Below, piece after piece: positions 28,959 through 37,531 of a stretch of DNA of 64,000 nt. Made by a program: the position numbers and the translations under genes. Position 1 is the stretch's first letter. Every line of letters starts with the position of its first letter. The notes under the pieces are model-generated. The model searched no databases. It was not told where the DNA came from and saw only the letters and a program-made list of their open reading frames with translations. The DNA comes from Candidatus Melainabacteria bacterium 17Bon1m. Lineage in GTDB: Bacteria > Cyanobacteriota > Vampirovibrionia > Obscuribacterales > Obscuribacteraceae. The stretch lies in assembly GCA_032128875.1 (NCBI GenBank), contig JAVLKG010000001.1, positions 672,001 to 736,000 of the forward strand, written 5' to 3'.

Positions 28959-29384
28959 CTTATTTTTTCACCTTGCCAGAGTTAGTTCGAGTCCAGTTGC
29001 AGGTCGTCTTCAGAGAAACTGTCATACCTGACCTATGTTGAGTGCTTTAGGTGCTATGCAGCTTTCCCTTGCGCTCCAATGGGCTCTATGACACCAAAAA
29101 GTTTACCAATGTTCCCGAGGTACTTTCTGAGTCCGAACTAACGCCTGTTGAGAACTTTCGAAAAGCCCGACCATAGACGTTTCCAGCCTCTTAGCTCGGT
29201 GCGCCGTTTTAGCCCGTTTTGCGGGTTTTTATGGGGGATTATCAGCTGCCCTTTAACTCGCTCTAAGAGTTGATGCAATGCACGATTACCCTCTCTGCGC
29301 GTAGACTTGCATGGACGGTCTGGGGGGGCAACCGGCCAAGTAAGTGAGATTTGTGAGCGCTCGGGATATAGATGTATATAGAGG

Positions 29385-30191
29385 ATGGATCCTACGATTA
29401 GAAGAGATAGAAGTACTGTTCGCAAAACCGCGTTCATAACGGGAGCCAGCCGAGGAATTGGTCGAGCTGTAGCGGAAAGATTCGCGCAAGACGGTTTCGA
29501 CCTGGCACTATTTGCTCGCAGTGAAGACCTGTTATTGCAGCTGGAGAAGGATTTGAGCGGTTACAGCATTTCCGCTCACGCGTTTGTCGTCGATGTTTCT
29601 CACCAGGACAAATTCTCTGCAGCCTTGCAGTCTGCTAGTGAAAAACTAGGTCAGCCGCAGGTTTTGGTCAATAACGCAGGAGTATATTACACGCAGGCGG
29701 TCGAAGGACACTCGATCGAACTATTCAGAGAGGTTTTGGAAACCAACCTCACTAGCGCCCTCAACGCCTGTCAATTCGTCGTTTCGGGCATGAAAAAGCT
29801 TGGCTGGGGGCGTATCGTTAATATCTCCTCGATATCGGGCAAAGTTGCAGAAGCCTACGGGGCTGCCTATTCTGCCTCAAAATTCGGCATCATTGGGCTA
29901 ACTCAATCTCTTGCGTTGGAAGTCGCTGATCACGGCATCACGGTGAATGCGGTATGTCCTGGCTGGGTGGCCACTGAAATGGCGCGCGCTCAACTTAACG
30001 ATGAGAAATGGTGCAAGCTCAATGAGCTGGAAGTAGAACAGTCGGAAGAAATTGCCAGACTTTCTGTGCCCCAAAAACGGCTGATTCAGCCAGAAGAGGT
30101 TGCGCACCTAGTATCATTTCTATGTAGCGAAAATGCACGCGGCATTACAGGTCAATCTATAAACATCTGCGGAGGACTTTCCCTCAATTGA
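29385..30191 (+). CDS. Short-chain dehydrogenase/reductase (FabG/3-hydroxybutyrate dehydrogenase-like)
   Basis: TGASRGIG, NNAG, YSASKFG, VNAVCPGWV, ITGQSINICGG. Confidence 0.93.
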   Translation: MDPTIRRDRSTVRKTAFITGASRGIGRAVAERFAQDGFDLALFARSEDLLLQLEKDLSGYSISAHAFVVDVSHQDKFSAALQSASEKLGQPQVLVNNAGVYYTQAVEGHSIELFREVLETNLTSALNACQFVVSGMKKLGWGRIVNISSISGKVAEAYGAAYSASKFGIIGLTQSLALEVADHGITVNAVCPGWVATEMARAQLNDEKWCKLNELEVEQSEEIARLSVPQKRLIQPEEVAHLVSFLCSENARGITGQSINICGGLSLN

Positions 30192-31012
30192 GATCTGAGA
30201 CGGCGAAGCTGGTCGAAAAGGCCTATGAAAAGTCATCCTGGCCCACAGTGGAGGTTGACGGAATGACGCTCCTGCAGGCGCCTAGCCTGATGGGAAAACG
30301 TTTGAAGCATGCATTTACGACGCGCAAAGGAGGGCAGACTCCGTCGCCTTTTGATTCGTTCAATCTCGGGCGCCATGACGCAGCTGCCGATCACTGGAAT
30401 GACGCCCTGGAGAACCGTAAAAAACTTTGTGCCGCTCTGGAAGTGCCGTTTGCTGACCTAAGGGTGCCTGGACAAGTGCACTCGAAGCGGGTTGTTTTTG
30501 CCGAAGATTCCACGCAACTCAAAGAAGTCGACGCGGTTGCGACAGTATCCAGCAACGTCCCCGTCCTTCTTCATTACGCCGACTGCGTGCCCATTATCAT
30601 CTTCGACCCGCGCCGGAGCGCTCTTGCAGTGGTGCATGCCGGTTGGAGAGGCACTGCCGCGATGATCGCCAGCGAGGCCGTAACTGCCCTGGTTACACGT
30701 GCCGGCAGCGAAGCCTGGGATTTAATTGCCGCCGTTGGACCAGCTATTGGCAGCTGTTGCTATCCGACCAGCGCTGAGGCGGCAAAGAGCCTGGCGTCCA
30801 CCGTTACCGATGGTGAACTGTTTATTACATTGCGGAATGGTCAGCCCTGTCCGGATTTGCGCGCAGTCAACGCCATGCAGCTGCTGGAGCGAGGCATCAG
30901 CACTGTCGACGTCTCGGACCTCTGCACATCCTGTAATCCCGATATCTTCTACTCTCACAGGCAATCTGGCGGGCTGACCGGTAGGCAAGGCGCAATCGCT
31001 TGTCTGGTATAG
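30188..31012 (+). CDS. pgeF: YfiH/PgeF purine nucleoside phosphorylase-like protein
   Basis: HAFTTRKGG, QVHS, ADCVP, HAGWRG, GPAIGSCCY, FYSHR, TGRQG. Confidence 0.93.
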   Translation: MRSETAKLVEKAYEKSSWPTVEVDGMTLLQAPSLMGKRLKHAFTTRKGGQTPSPFDSFNLGRHDAAADHWNDALENRKKLCAALEVPFADLRVPGQVHSKRVVFAEDSTQLKEVDAVATVSSNVPVLLHYADCVPIIIFDPRRSALAVVHAGWRGTAAMIASEAVTALVTRAGSEAWDLIAAVGPAIGSCCYPTSAEAAKSLASTVTDGELFITLRNGQPCPDLRAVNAMQLLERGISTVDVSDLCTSCNPDIFYSHRQSGGLTGRQGAIACLV

Positions 31013-31162
31013 GCGCTTTACAATCCCTATATATTTTGTGTTTGCAAATGGTTTATGCTCAAAATATGAGTGGGCCGTGGGCACGTTTGCCTTATGTAGC
31101 TCCTAATTCTAGGTTGCCGGAAGTAATCAAAAACGCAGCAGCTGAGTAATAGAGACTCCGAA

Positions 31163-33403
31163 TTGCGACGAAAGAGAAGAGCTGAAGTTGCATCAACAAC
31201 TGAAAAGTTGTGCGCTTGCTTCGCCTTTGAACAAAAACTTCGTCCGATCGCTGCGAGTCTCTGCACCAGTATGTTGCTTGCTAACAGCTTTGTACCGGGA
31301 TGTTTTGCTCAGTCGAATAATGTCTCCAAGCAATCTTCGGCATCGGCACCAAATACAGTGGCGCCAATATCGCCACCACCTGTAGCGCCGCCAATTTCTA
31401 CTCGAATCCCCGTAAAAATGTCTGTTCCACCGGTCAATACGTCGACGCTGAACGGCGCGGCCGCACCAGGCAGCCTGTTGGACAAAGGTCCTTTCAATCC
31501 GGCGAACCTACCTGTTATCACTCCGTGGAAAACTCCTGTCGCCCCATCAAAATCTTCAACCGCTCCGTCAAAATCTCCAGTTGCCCCATCAAAACCTCCG
31601 GTTTCCGCCCATCCAGCGGCAGGTCCGTCGAGTGTCAGTCCTGTCACTTCCAGTCCTTCGGCAACAAAGACGACTGGTAGTTCTGCGAATGCTCCTGTAA
31701 AATCCGCGCCTCTGTCTCCACATGCGTCTAGCGCTTCATCTCCTGACTCTGGCGCCGCATCTCCAGTCTCTGGAGCGTCTTCCGCGACTCCCCTATTAAA
31801 GCCGCAAGTGCCGAAAATCGCAGAGCCTGCACCGGCACCAGACATCAATAAAGCTCACGCCGGAAGTCCAGGTTCGGCTCCGGGAGCAGGAGCGACGACT
31901 AACGCGAATGCTGAGGAAAAATATCCAGCGGTGGCGCATCTCGAAATTCTGACCTTTGGAGAAACGCACCCAGGGATGGCGATTAGCGATCGCCTTGCCA
32001 ATCTGGAAAGTACCGTTTTTAAGGAAACACATCCGACCGATTCTTTGTTTTCGCGCACAGAGCGTTTACAGAAGGTTCTGGTTGGAAGCGAAGGACCTAC
32101 ACCATACGAGAGTCCGCAATATCGTCCTCCGGATCTGCCTTCCTATGCGCGTGTTCCGCCCGCGGCTCCCGCCCAAGATCAACCCAATGCCGGGTGGACG
32201 GAGCCCCCGCGCAGTCCTGTGCCGACTGGTAATCCTGGCGAAGGTCAATATTCTTATTTCGATGAAATCGCGGTTCTTCCTGAGAATCGTGTAGTCGTAA
32301 ACAACCAGCAACTGCAGGATTACTTCCTGGAGATGGTCAATAATGAGCGCCGTAAAGTCGGATCGCCACCGCTGGAAATCGATCAAATTGCTGAGAAGCT
32401 TGCCACCGAGCACGTGACGCAATTGGCTGAGCGAGCGCAAATCTCGCATTCCAATACAAAAGGAGAGAATCCGGATCGGCGCTACACCTTGCTGGGTGGC
32501 ACTGACGCTGTCAGCGAAAGTCTGGTATCGCTGAAGAGCAGCGAACTTGGTAGCCGCCGTCTTTATCGCGGTGCTGCTGCAAAACTCTTGCGCGTGCTTA
32601 TGTCACACCAAGATGATCGCGACGCTCTGACGTCCCGCGATACCACTCATGTTGGATTTGCCGCGGAGTGGACTGCCGATCACTCACGTTTGATCGCTTG
32701 CGCTGAGCTGGTTTCCAAACACGCGATAATCCACCCTGTTCCCGATCAAGCTCACATCGATGAAAAAATCGACGTGAAAGGCGTGATGACTCCGCCTTAT
32801 CAATTCGTTCGCGTGACACTAGCATGGGAAGGCGGCAACAGCAATCTTGCCAGTGTTGCTGATGAATCTGATGAAGCGCTTCCTTATTTCCCGCCGCTCG
32901 ATTACGTTGCGTATCAAAAGCGCGCTGAAAGCGGCGGGCACGACAAAGCCATCATGATTTTGAAGGGCGTAGGTATTGCGGCGGCAATAGCGGGGGGCGT
33001 TTTCATGCCACCCGTCGCGCTTGCCGCGCCCTTGATTGCGGTTTCGGGCAGCGGAAGTGGCGAACACAAGCCGGCTTCGGAAATTCCGGTGAAAGGCGGA
33101 GTCAAGCTGGAAGGGGCCGTCTTCGAGACGAAAGTGCCGCTCAGCAACGAAGGCAAGGACGGGCTATACTACCTTACGGTGTGGGGCTCAGAAGGTCAGG
33201 GTGGCAAACCGGTCCCAATTTCCAGAAGAGTCATTTATGTTTCCGGTGGCAAGGAAGAAGCCACCAAAACAACCAATTCAGATACCGGCGAAATAACCAG
33301 CGATCAAGCGTCTAAGAGTGAGAAAACCTCTAAGAAAGACGAGAAAAGTACAAAAAATGCAAAGAAAGCTAAGAAAAACAAGAACGCAACGCCATCCAGC
33401 TGA
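31163..33403 (+). CDS. Exported Pro/Ser-rich protein with a CAP (SCP) domain (start uncertain)
   Basis: Signal-like N-terminus; S/P/A linker; VNNERRKVGSPPL...ATEH...ISH...GENP...THVG CAP pattern; hydrophobic segment near the C-terminus. Confidence 0.75.
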   Translation: MRRKRRAEVASTTEKLCACFAFEQKLRPIAASLCTSMLLANSFVPGCFAQSNNVSKQSSASAPNTVAPISPPPVAPPISTRIPVKMSVPPVNTSTLNGAAAPGSLLDKGPFNPANLPVITPWKTPVAPSKSSTAPSKSPVAPSKPPVSAHPAAGPSSVSPVTSSPSATKTTGSSANAPVKSAPLSPHASSASSPDSGAASPVSGASSATPLLKPQVPKIAEPAPAPDINKAHAGSPGSAPGAGATTNANAEEKYPAVAHLEILTFGETHPGMAISDRLANLESTVFKETHPTDSLFSRTERLQKVLVGSEGPTPYESPQYRPPDLPSYARVPPAAPAQDQPNAGWTEPPRSPVPTGNPGEGQYSYFDEIAVLPENRVVVNNQQLQDYFLEMVNNERRKVGSPPLEIDQIAEKLATEHVTQLAERAQISHSNTKGENPDRRYTLLGGTDAVSESLVSLKSSELGSRRLYRGAAAKLLRVLMSHQDDRDALTSRDTTHVGFAAEWTADHSRLIACAELVSKHAIIHPVPDQAHIDEKIDVKGVMTPPYQFVRVTLAWEGGNSNLASVADESDEALPYFPPLDYVAYQKRAESGGHDKAIMILKGVGIAAAIAGGVFMPPVALAAPLIAVSGSGSGEHKPASEIPVKGGVKLEGAVFETKVPLSNEGKDGLYYLTVWGSEGQGGKPVPISRRVIYVSGGKEEATKTTNSDTGEITSDQASKSEKTSKKDEKSTKNAKKAKKNKNATPSS

Positions 33404-34550
33404 GCTGCTTGTTTTTGCTCTTGCGGTTTGCACCGCCGGTGGTGTAGCGATTTCTTTGGTAAACGGAACAATCGCATACGCTGGCGACAATAAAGCGCCG
33501 CTTCCGCCCGTTTCACCAATGCCTGAACCCGCCGGATGGCCGATGCCAGCGCCGACTTACCAGCCGCCGCCGCGCCGCATGCAGCCACAAGGCGCGTATC
33601 AAGGCGCTCCTCCGCTGCAGACCGGAACTCAGAATACAACGCTGCAAACCGGCACGCAGAACACGATGCTACAGACCGGGACGCAGAACACGATGCTGCA
33701 GACCGGAACGCAGAATACCATGTTGCAAACCGGCACGGTCGGTACGATGATCCAGAGCGGAGCCAACTCCAGCCTTATTCGCGGCGGTGTTGATAGAGAT
33801 GCCGGACCCGTCAACATATTGATTTTGCTCGATGCTTCCTACAGCATGAAAGAAAATCTCGAGCACGGAATGCAAAAGATGGATGCTGCAAAAATGGTGT
33901 TGCAGCAGGCGCTTTCGCGCGTGCCTTCTGATGTGAATTTAGGGCTGCGAGTTTTTGGTCAAGGCTACACCGGCGATCCTTTTATGGACTGCAAACAGAG
34001 CGCACTGCTCGTGCCGCTGGGGCAGGGCAATCGTCGCTCGATTATTGAGCGAGTGAGGCAAGTTCATCCATACGGGCTGACGCCTTTGGAGTTTGCGCTG
34101 CGACAAGCAGCTGAAAACGATTTGCAAGGGCTGAACGGTCCAAAGACTCTGATTTTGATTTCTGATGGTGCGGATACTTGTGGCGGCAATCCATGCGAGT
34201 TCATCAAACAACTGCCACGCATGGGCATCAAACTAAAAGTCGACATCGTCGGATTGAGTTTGAAGAATCGACCTGACGATATCATGGCGCGCCATCAGTT
34301 GAATTGCATAACAGAACAGTCGGGCGGCAAGTATTACGACGCCAATACCGCGGCTCAATTGATTGAAAGCATTTCGGCTAGCGTCAACAAAGCAATTTCC
34401 GGGCGCGTCATAATCAAGCCTGGCACTCCGGCGAAGAATGTCGATACTCCTGTTGAGTTGCAAGAGATTCAGCTTCAAGAACAGCCGCTCAAGGCTCCCG
34501 AAGCACAGCCATTGAAAGCTCCTGATGCGCAGCCACTGCCTCAGAAGTAA
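33357..34550 (+). CDS. Exported von Willebrand factor A (vWA) domain protein with LQTGTQNTM repeats
   Basis: MIDAS DASYS, GLTPL, LISDGADTCGGNPC, GGKYYDA; start overlaps the upstream gene. Confidence 0.85.
   Translation: MQRKLRKTRTQRHPAELLVFALAVCTAGGVAISLVNGTIAYAGDNKAPLPPVSPMPEPAGWPMPAPTYQPPPRRMQPQGAYQGAPPLQTGTQNTTLQTGTQNTMLQTGTQNTMLQTGTQNTMLQTGTVGTMIQSGANSSLIRGGVDRDAGPVNILILLDASYSMKENLEHGMQKMDAAKMVLQQALSRVPSDVNLGLRVFGQGYTGDPFMDCKQSALLVPLGQGNRRSIIERVRQVHPYGLTPLEFALRQAAENDLQGLNGPKTLILISDGADTCGGNPCEFIKQLPRMGIKLKVDIVGLSLKNRPDDIMARHQLNCITEQSGGKYYDANTAAQLIESISASVNKAISGRVIIKPGTPAKNVDTPVELQEIQLQEQPLKAPEAQPLKAPDAQPLPQK
33615..33749 (+). repeat. Five 27-bp coding tandem repeats (LQTGT[QN/VG]T[M/T])
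   Basis: CT(G/A)CA(G/A)ACCGGN-ACN-CAGAA(C/T)AC-NATG units with synonymous variation. Confidence 0.9.
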
Positions 34551-34570
34551 CGGAAGCACGTCCACCCTAG

Positions 34571-34624
34571 TGTAGGGGAAGCGCATGCGCTTCCCTGTCC
34601 GGCAGCCGCATGCGGCTCCCTACA
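34571..34624. repeat. GTAG-type REP doublet (REPIN-like)
   Basis: GTAG-GGGAAGCGC-AT-GCGCTTCCC, and on the opposite strand GTAG-GGAGCCGC-AT-GCGGCTGCC, in inverted arrangement between convergent genes. Confidence 0.8.
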
Positions 34625-34633
34625 AGTGGGTAG

Positions 34634-35275
34634 CTATTCCAGCACCTGCCCTTTGCGGATGGCGGAGTAGTAGTAATACCTGTCGAAGCCTTCTGTGTCG
34701 GAAACGACATGGAGAGTCAGAGTTTGGATGTCGCCGGTTGTTTTCCTGACGCGATAAAAGCGCATCGTAGAAAGCTCTGAATCAGCTTGATCGCAGAGGT
34801 CGCGTGGATACATTGCTACATTCAACGTCGCCTTATTCAAATAAACATCGGGCAATAGGCGCAAAACTGTGTTGGTTAGAGCTTTCAATTGCTGGCTAGA
34901 ATTGCTGCTTCTTTTAATGCGGATGACGCCTTGAGTGTCTTCGCCGAGTTTTAATTTCTCATGGCGCCTGAGTCCACGCGGTTTTCCATCGTGGTACCAC
35001 AGTGTTTCATAAATGCGAGTTTTTTCCCAATTGCCTTCCCCATTCCGTACCTTGTAAGAAACCTCAACATTGACGAGCGGGGAAACTGGCGATTTTGGAA
35101 ATTTGAGATACTCGTTCATCGGTTTGGACGACAGGCTCAAAACCCAATCAGCGCCTTCTTCATAATTCTCGGGCAGCGGTCCTATCTCTTCCACCGCCTG
35201 CGCTGCATTTGCGCATAGACATACAAAGAGTGGAATAATGAGGCGAGAACAGCGATTGAAAATTGATACAGACAT
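34634..35275 (-). CDS. Hypothetical exported protein
   Basis: ORF with signal-like segment (LIIPLFVCLCANAAQA) after the ATG at 35275. Confidence 0.65.
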   Translation of the reverse strand: MSVSIFNRCSRLIIPLFVCLCANAAQAVEEIGPLPENYEEGADWVLSLSSKPMNEYLKFPKSPVSPLVNVEVSYKVRNGEGNWEKTRIYETLWYHDGKPRGLRRHEKLKLGEDTQGVIRIKRSSNSSQQLKALTNTVLRLLPDVYLNKATLNVAMYPRDLCDQADSELSTMRFYRVRKTTGDIQTLTLHVVSDTEGFDRYYYYSAIRKGQVLE

Positions 35276-36368
35276 GGCGACTAGTCTACCAAGGAATCGG
35301 AAGGATGCATTTGATTCGCGCTCGCGCGGCAATATGCTTGTGATGATTGCGCTTGTGGGAGGCATAATCATCGCCGTAGTCGTAATTGGAATTGGCGTGA
35401 TGCTGATACTCTTTTCGCAACAAAAGGGAAGGCAATCAGCCGACGAATTGGCATTAACATTGGCGCAGGTGCTCAATCGCGACGACCGTCAAGGGCAGAT
35501 GAACAACCTTGTTGAGCGTTCGCGAGAGTTGGTCTACTCCTCGCGAAAAGCTTATGACGATTGTGTTTCCGAGGAGTTTCACAACATGGAGCCATTGATG
35601 CGCGACTTGTTAGAAGAGTCGCGTGCCGGTGCTCAAACCGTTGAAAAGACTAGAGAAAGTTTGTCAGAACTCACTATTGCCGAATTGCGCTCGACGCAGA
35701 AAGACTTCAACGAGCGCCTTCAGCAAGCGCATTCTGTAAATCTAAGTTGGATGAACACGTCACGACCGGTTGTGAAACAGCTTGAGGTCGGTTCGATTGA
35801 TAAAGTCAATTCGAACGTGCTTGCGCCACCCGGATTTGCAGAGTTGAAAGCAATGGACGAAAAGAGCGGTATATGTGACTCTCAGACCGGCATCTACCTT
35901 GGCAATATCAATGCGAAATTACCAGGTGCCGACGGTGATTTGGATTTTAAATTGTCTTCTTTAGCTGCGCCCGTGGGTACAACGGTCTCTGCTGCGCGCC
36001 TGACAGATGCGAATGTTTTCAAACAATTCAAAATCCTTCCTCTGGCGGAAAACGCAACAAGTGGTGGCAGCTCTGCGTCCGTCGAATCTAGCGGCGCAAC
36101 TCCTCAACAGTCGGAAGAGGAAAAACGAAAAGCGCAGAAAGTAGATCAAATACCATCGGCTGTCAGGGTGAAGTTGTCGGTAGCAGTTTCCGCTGGCGCA
36201 CCTCAAACTGCAAACGGCAAGACATCGAATACATCAAGTTCATCCAACACATCAGGTATATCAAACACAGCAAACGCAGCAAATTCAACAAGTCCGTTGC
36301 AAGATACTTTGGGTGTGACGACTGCTGCAACTACAGGCGGTGCGCAGCCTGCACCAGACCTGCCATGA
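35274..36368 (+). CDS. Tad/pseudopilin-like (TadE/TadG-type N-terminus) membrane-anchored protein
   Basis: Basic leader ending SRSRG, then a ~28-aa hydrophobic helix and QSADELAL...A motif. Confidence 0.55.
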   Translation: MATSLPRNRKDAFDSRSRGNMLVMIALVGGIIIAVVVIGIGVMLILFSQQKGRQSADELALTLAQVLNRDDRQGQMNNLVERSRELVYSSRKAYDDCVSEEFHNMEPLMRDLLEESRAGAQTVEKTRESLSELTIAELRSTQKDFNERLQQAHSVNLSWMNTSRPVVKQLEVGSIDKVNSNVLAPPGFAELKAMDEKSGICDSQTGIYLGNINAKLPGADGDLDFKLSSLAAPVGTTVSAARLTDANVFKQFKILPLAENATSGGSSASVESSGATPQQSEEEKRKAQKVDQIPSAVRVKLSVAVSAGAPQTANGKTSNTSSSSNTSGISNTANAANSTSPLQDTLGVTTAATTGGAQPAPDLP

Positions 36369-36397
36369 TCTACCTTTAAAATTGCATCAAACAGACT

Positions 36398-37417
36398 TCA
36401 AACGGAAGTTTTCGCGCGAGTTGCTTTGCTGATGATATCGACTGCGTCCTGAATGTCGTTTTTCTCGATGCCGTAATGCGTGACCATGCGGATGCGATGT
36501 TTCATAGTGCCTACCAGCAGCCCTTCTTTCTTCAACGCTTCTTTCAAAGCATCGGCACTTCCATTTTTCAAACTGATGAAAACCATATTGCTTTCAACGG
36601 GTTCAACGTTCAACTCAGAAATGTTTTTCAAACCATCTGCCAAAAGCCTCGCGTTATCGTGGTCTTCTTGAAGTCTGTCCACCATGGTATCGAGTGCTAC
36701 ATCACACGCTGCAGCAAGAACGCCGGCTTGACGCATTGCACCGCCCACGAGTTTTCTTGCTCGATGCGCTCTTTTAATGAAGTCTTTCGAGCCGGCAACA
36801 ATCGAGCCGACCGGCGCAGACAGCCCTTTGGAAAAACACATTTGCACCGAATCAACTGGCGCGACCAGAGATTTGACCGGGAGTTTCAGCGCAATTGCAG
36901 CATTGTAAATGCGGGCGCCATCCAGGTGGAGAAGAAGGTTTTTCTCGTGGCAGAACTTACCGACTGACTCGGTATATTCCTTAGATAGCACACGACCGTC
37001 TTGAGTGTTTTCCAAGCAAACAAGCTTCGATACAGGGCAATGCGGATCGTCGTAGCGGATCGAGGATTCGATTTCTTCCAAAGGCAGAGTGCCGTCTTTG
37101 CGATTATCTATCGTGCAAGTGTGAATGCCGCCGAGTTGTGCGGCGCCACCCTGTTCCCACTGAAAGATGTGATTGTTTTTCCCGACAATGATCTCGTCGC
37201 CGCGTTGGCAATGCGCCAAAAGAGAGACAAGATTTCCTTGCGAGCCGCTGGATACAAAAAGCGCTGCTTCTTTGCCGAAGATGTCTGCGCATTTTTCTTG
37301 CAACCGGTTGATGGTCGGGTCTTCGCCATAGACGTCGTCGCCTACCTCCGCTTTTGCCATTGCCTCCAGCATTGCAGGCGTAGGTTTTGTGACTGTGTCA
37401 CTGCGCAGGTCGATCAT
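36398..37417 (-). CDS. ltaE: Low-specificity L-threonine aldolase
   Basis: IDLRSDTVTKPT, VGDDVYGEDPT, HLDGARI, CFSKGLSAPVGS, GGAMRQAG. Confidence 0.97.
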   Translation of the reverse strand: MIDLRSDTVTKPTPAMLEAMAKAEVGDDVYGEDPTINRLQEKCADIFGKEAALFVSSGSQGNLVSLLAHCQRGDEIIVGKNNHIFQWEQGGAAQLGGIHTCTIDNRKDGTLPLEEIESSIRYDDPHCPVSKLVCLENTQDGRVLSKEYTESVGKFCHEKNLLLHLDGARIYNAAIALKLPVKSLVAPVDSVQMCFSKGLSAPVGSIVAGSKDFIKRAHRARKLVGGAMRQAGVLAAACDVALDTMVDRLQEDHDNARLLADGLKNISELNVEPVESNMVFISLKNGSADALKEALKKEGLLVGTMKHRIRMVTHYGIEKNDIQDAVDIISKATRAKTSV

Positions 37418-37453
37418 ATTTAAGCTCCGATTTAAGCTCAGATTTAAGCTCAG
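37418..37453. repeat. Three 12-bp tandem repeats ATTTAAGCTC(C/A)G abutting the ltaE start codon
   Basis: Units at 37418, 37430 and 37442. Confidence 0.85.
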
Positions 37454-37531
37454 AGTAGTGCTCTGAAACGGCTCAGATTGGTGCTCTGAGTTGATCCGAT
37501 TTCCCGATGCTCTTCGGCAACAAATTTTGAT

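Noticed and set aside
29138-29489. Short minus-strand ORFs upstream of or overlapping the SDR gene
   Set aside because: No motifs, overlap a confident gene, and composition looks like promoter DNA
33615-33749. CRISPR-like repeat array
   Set aside because: Repeats are contiguous, in frame and lack spacers; no cas genes in the window
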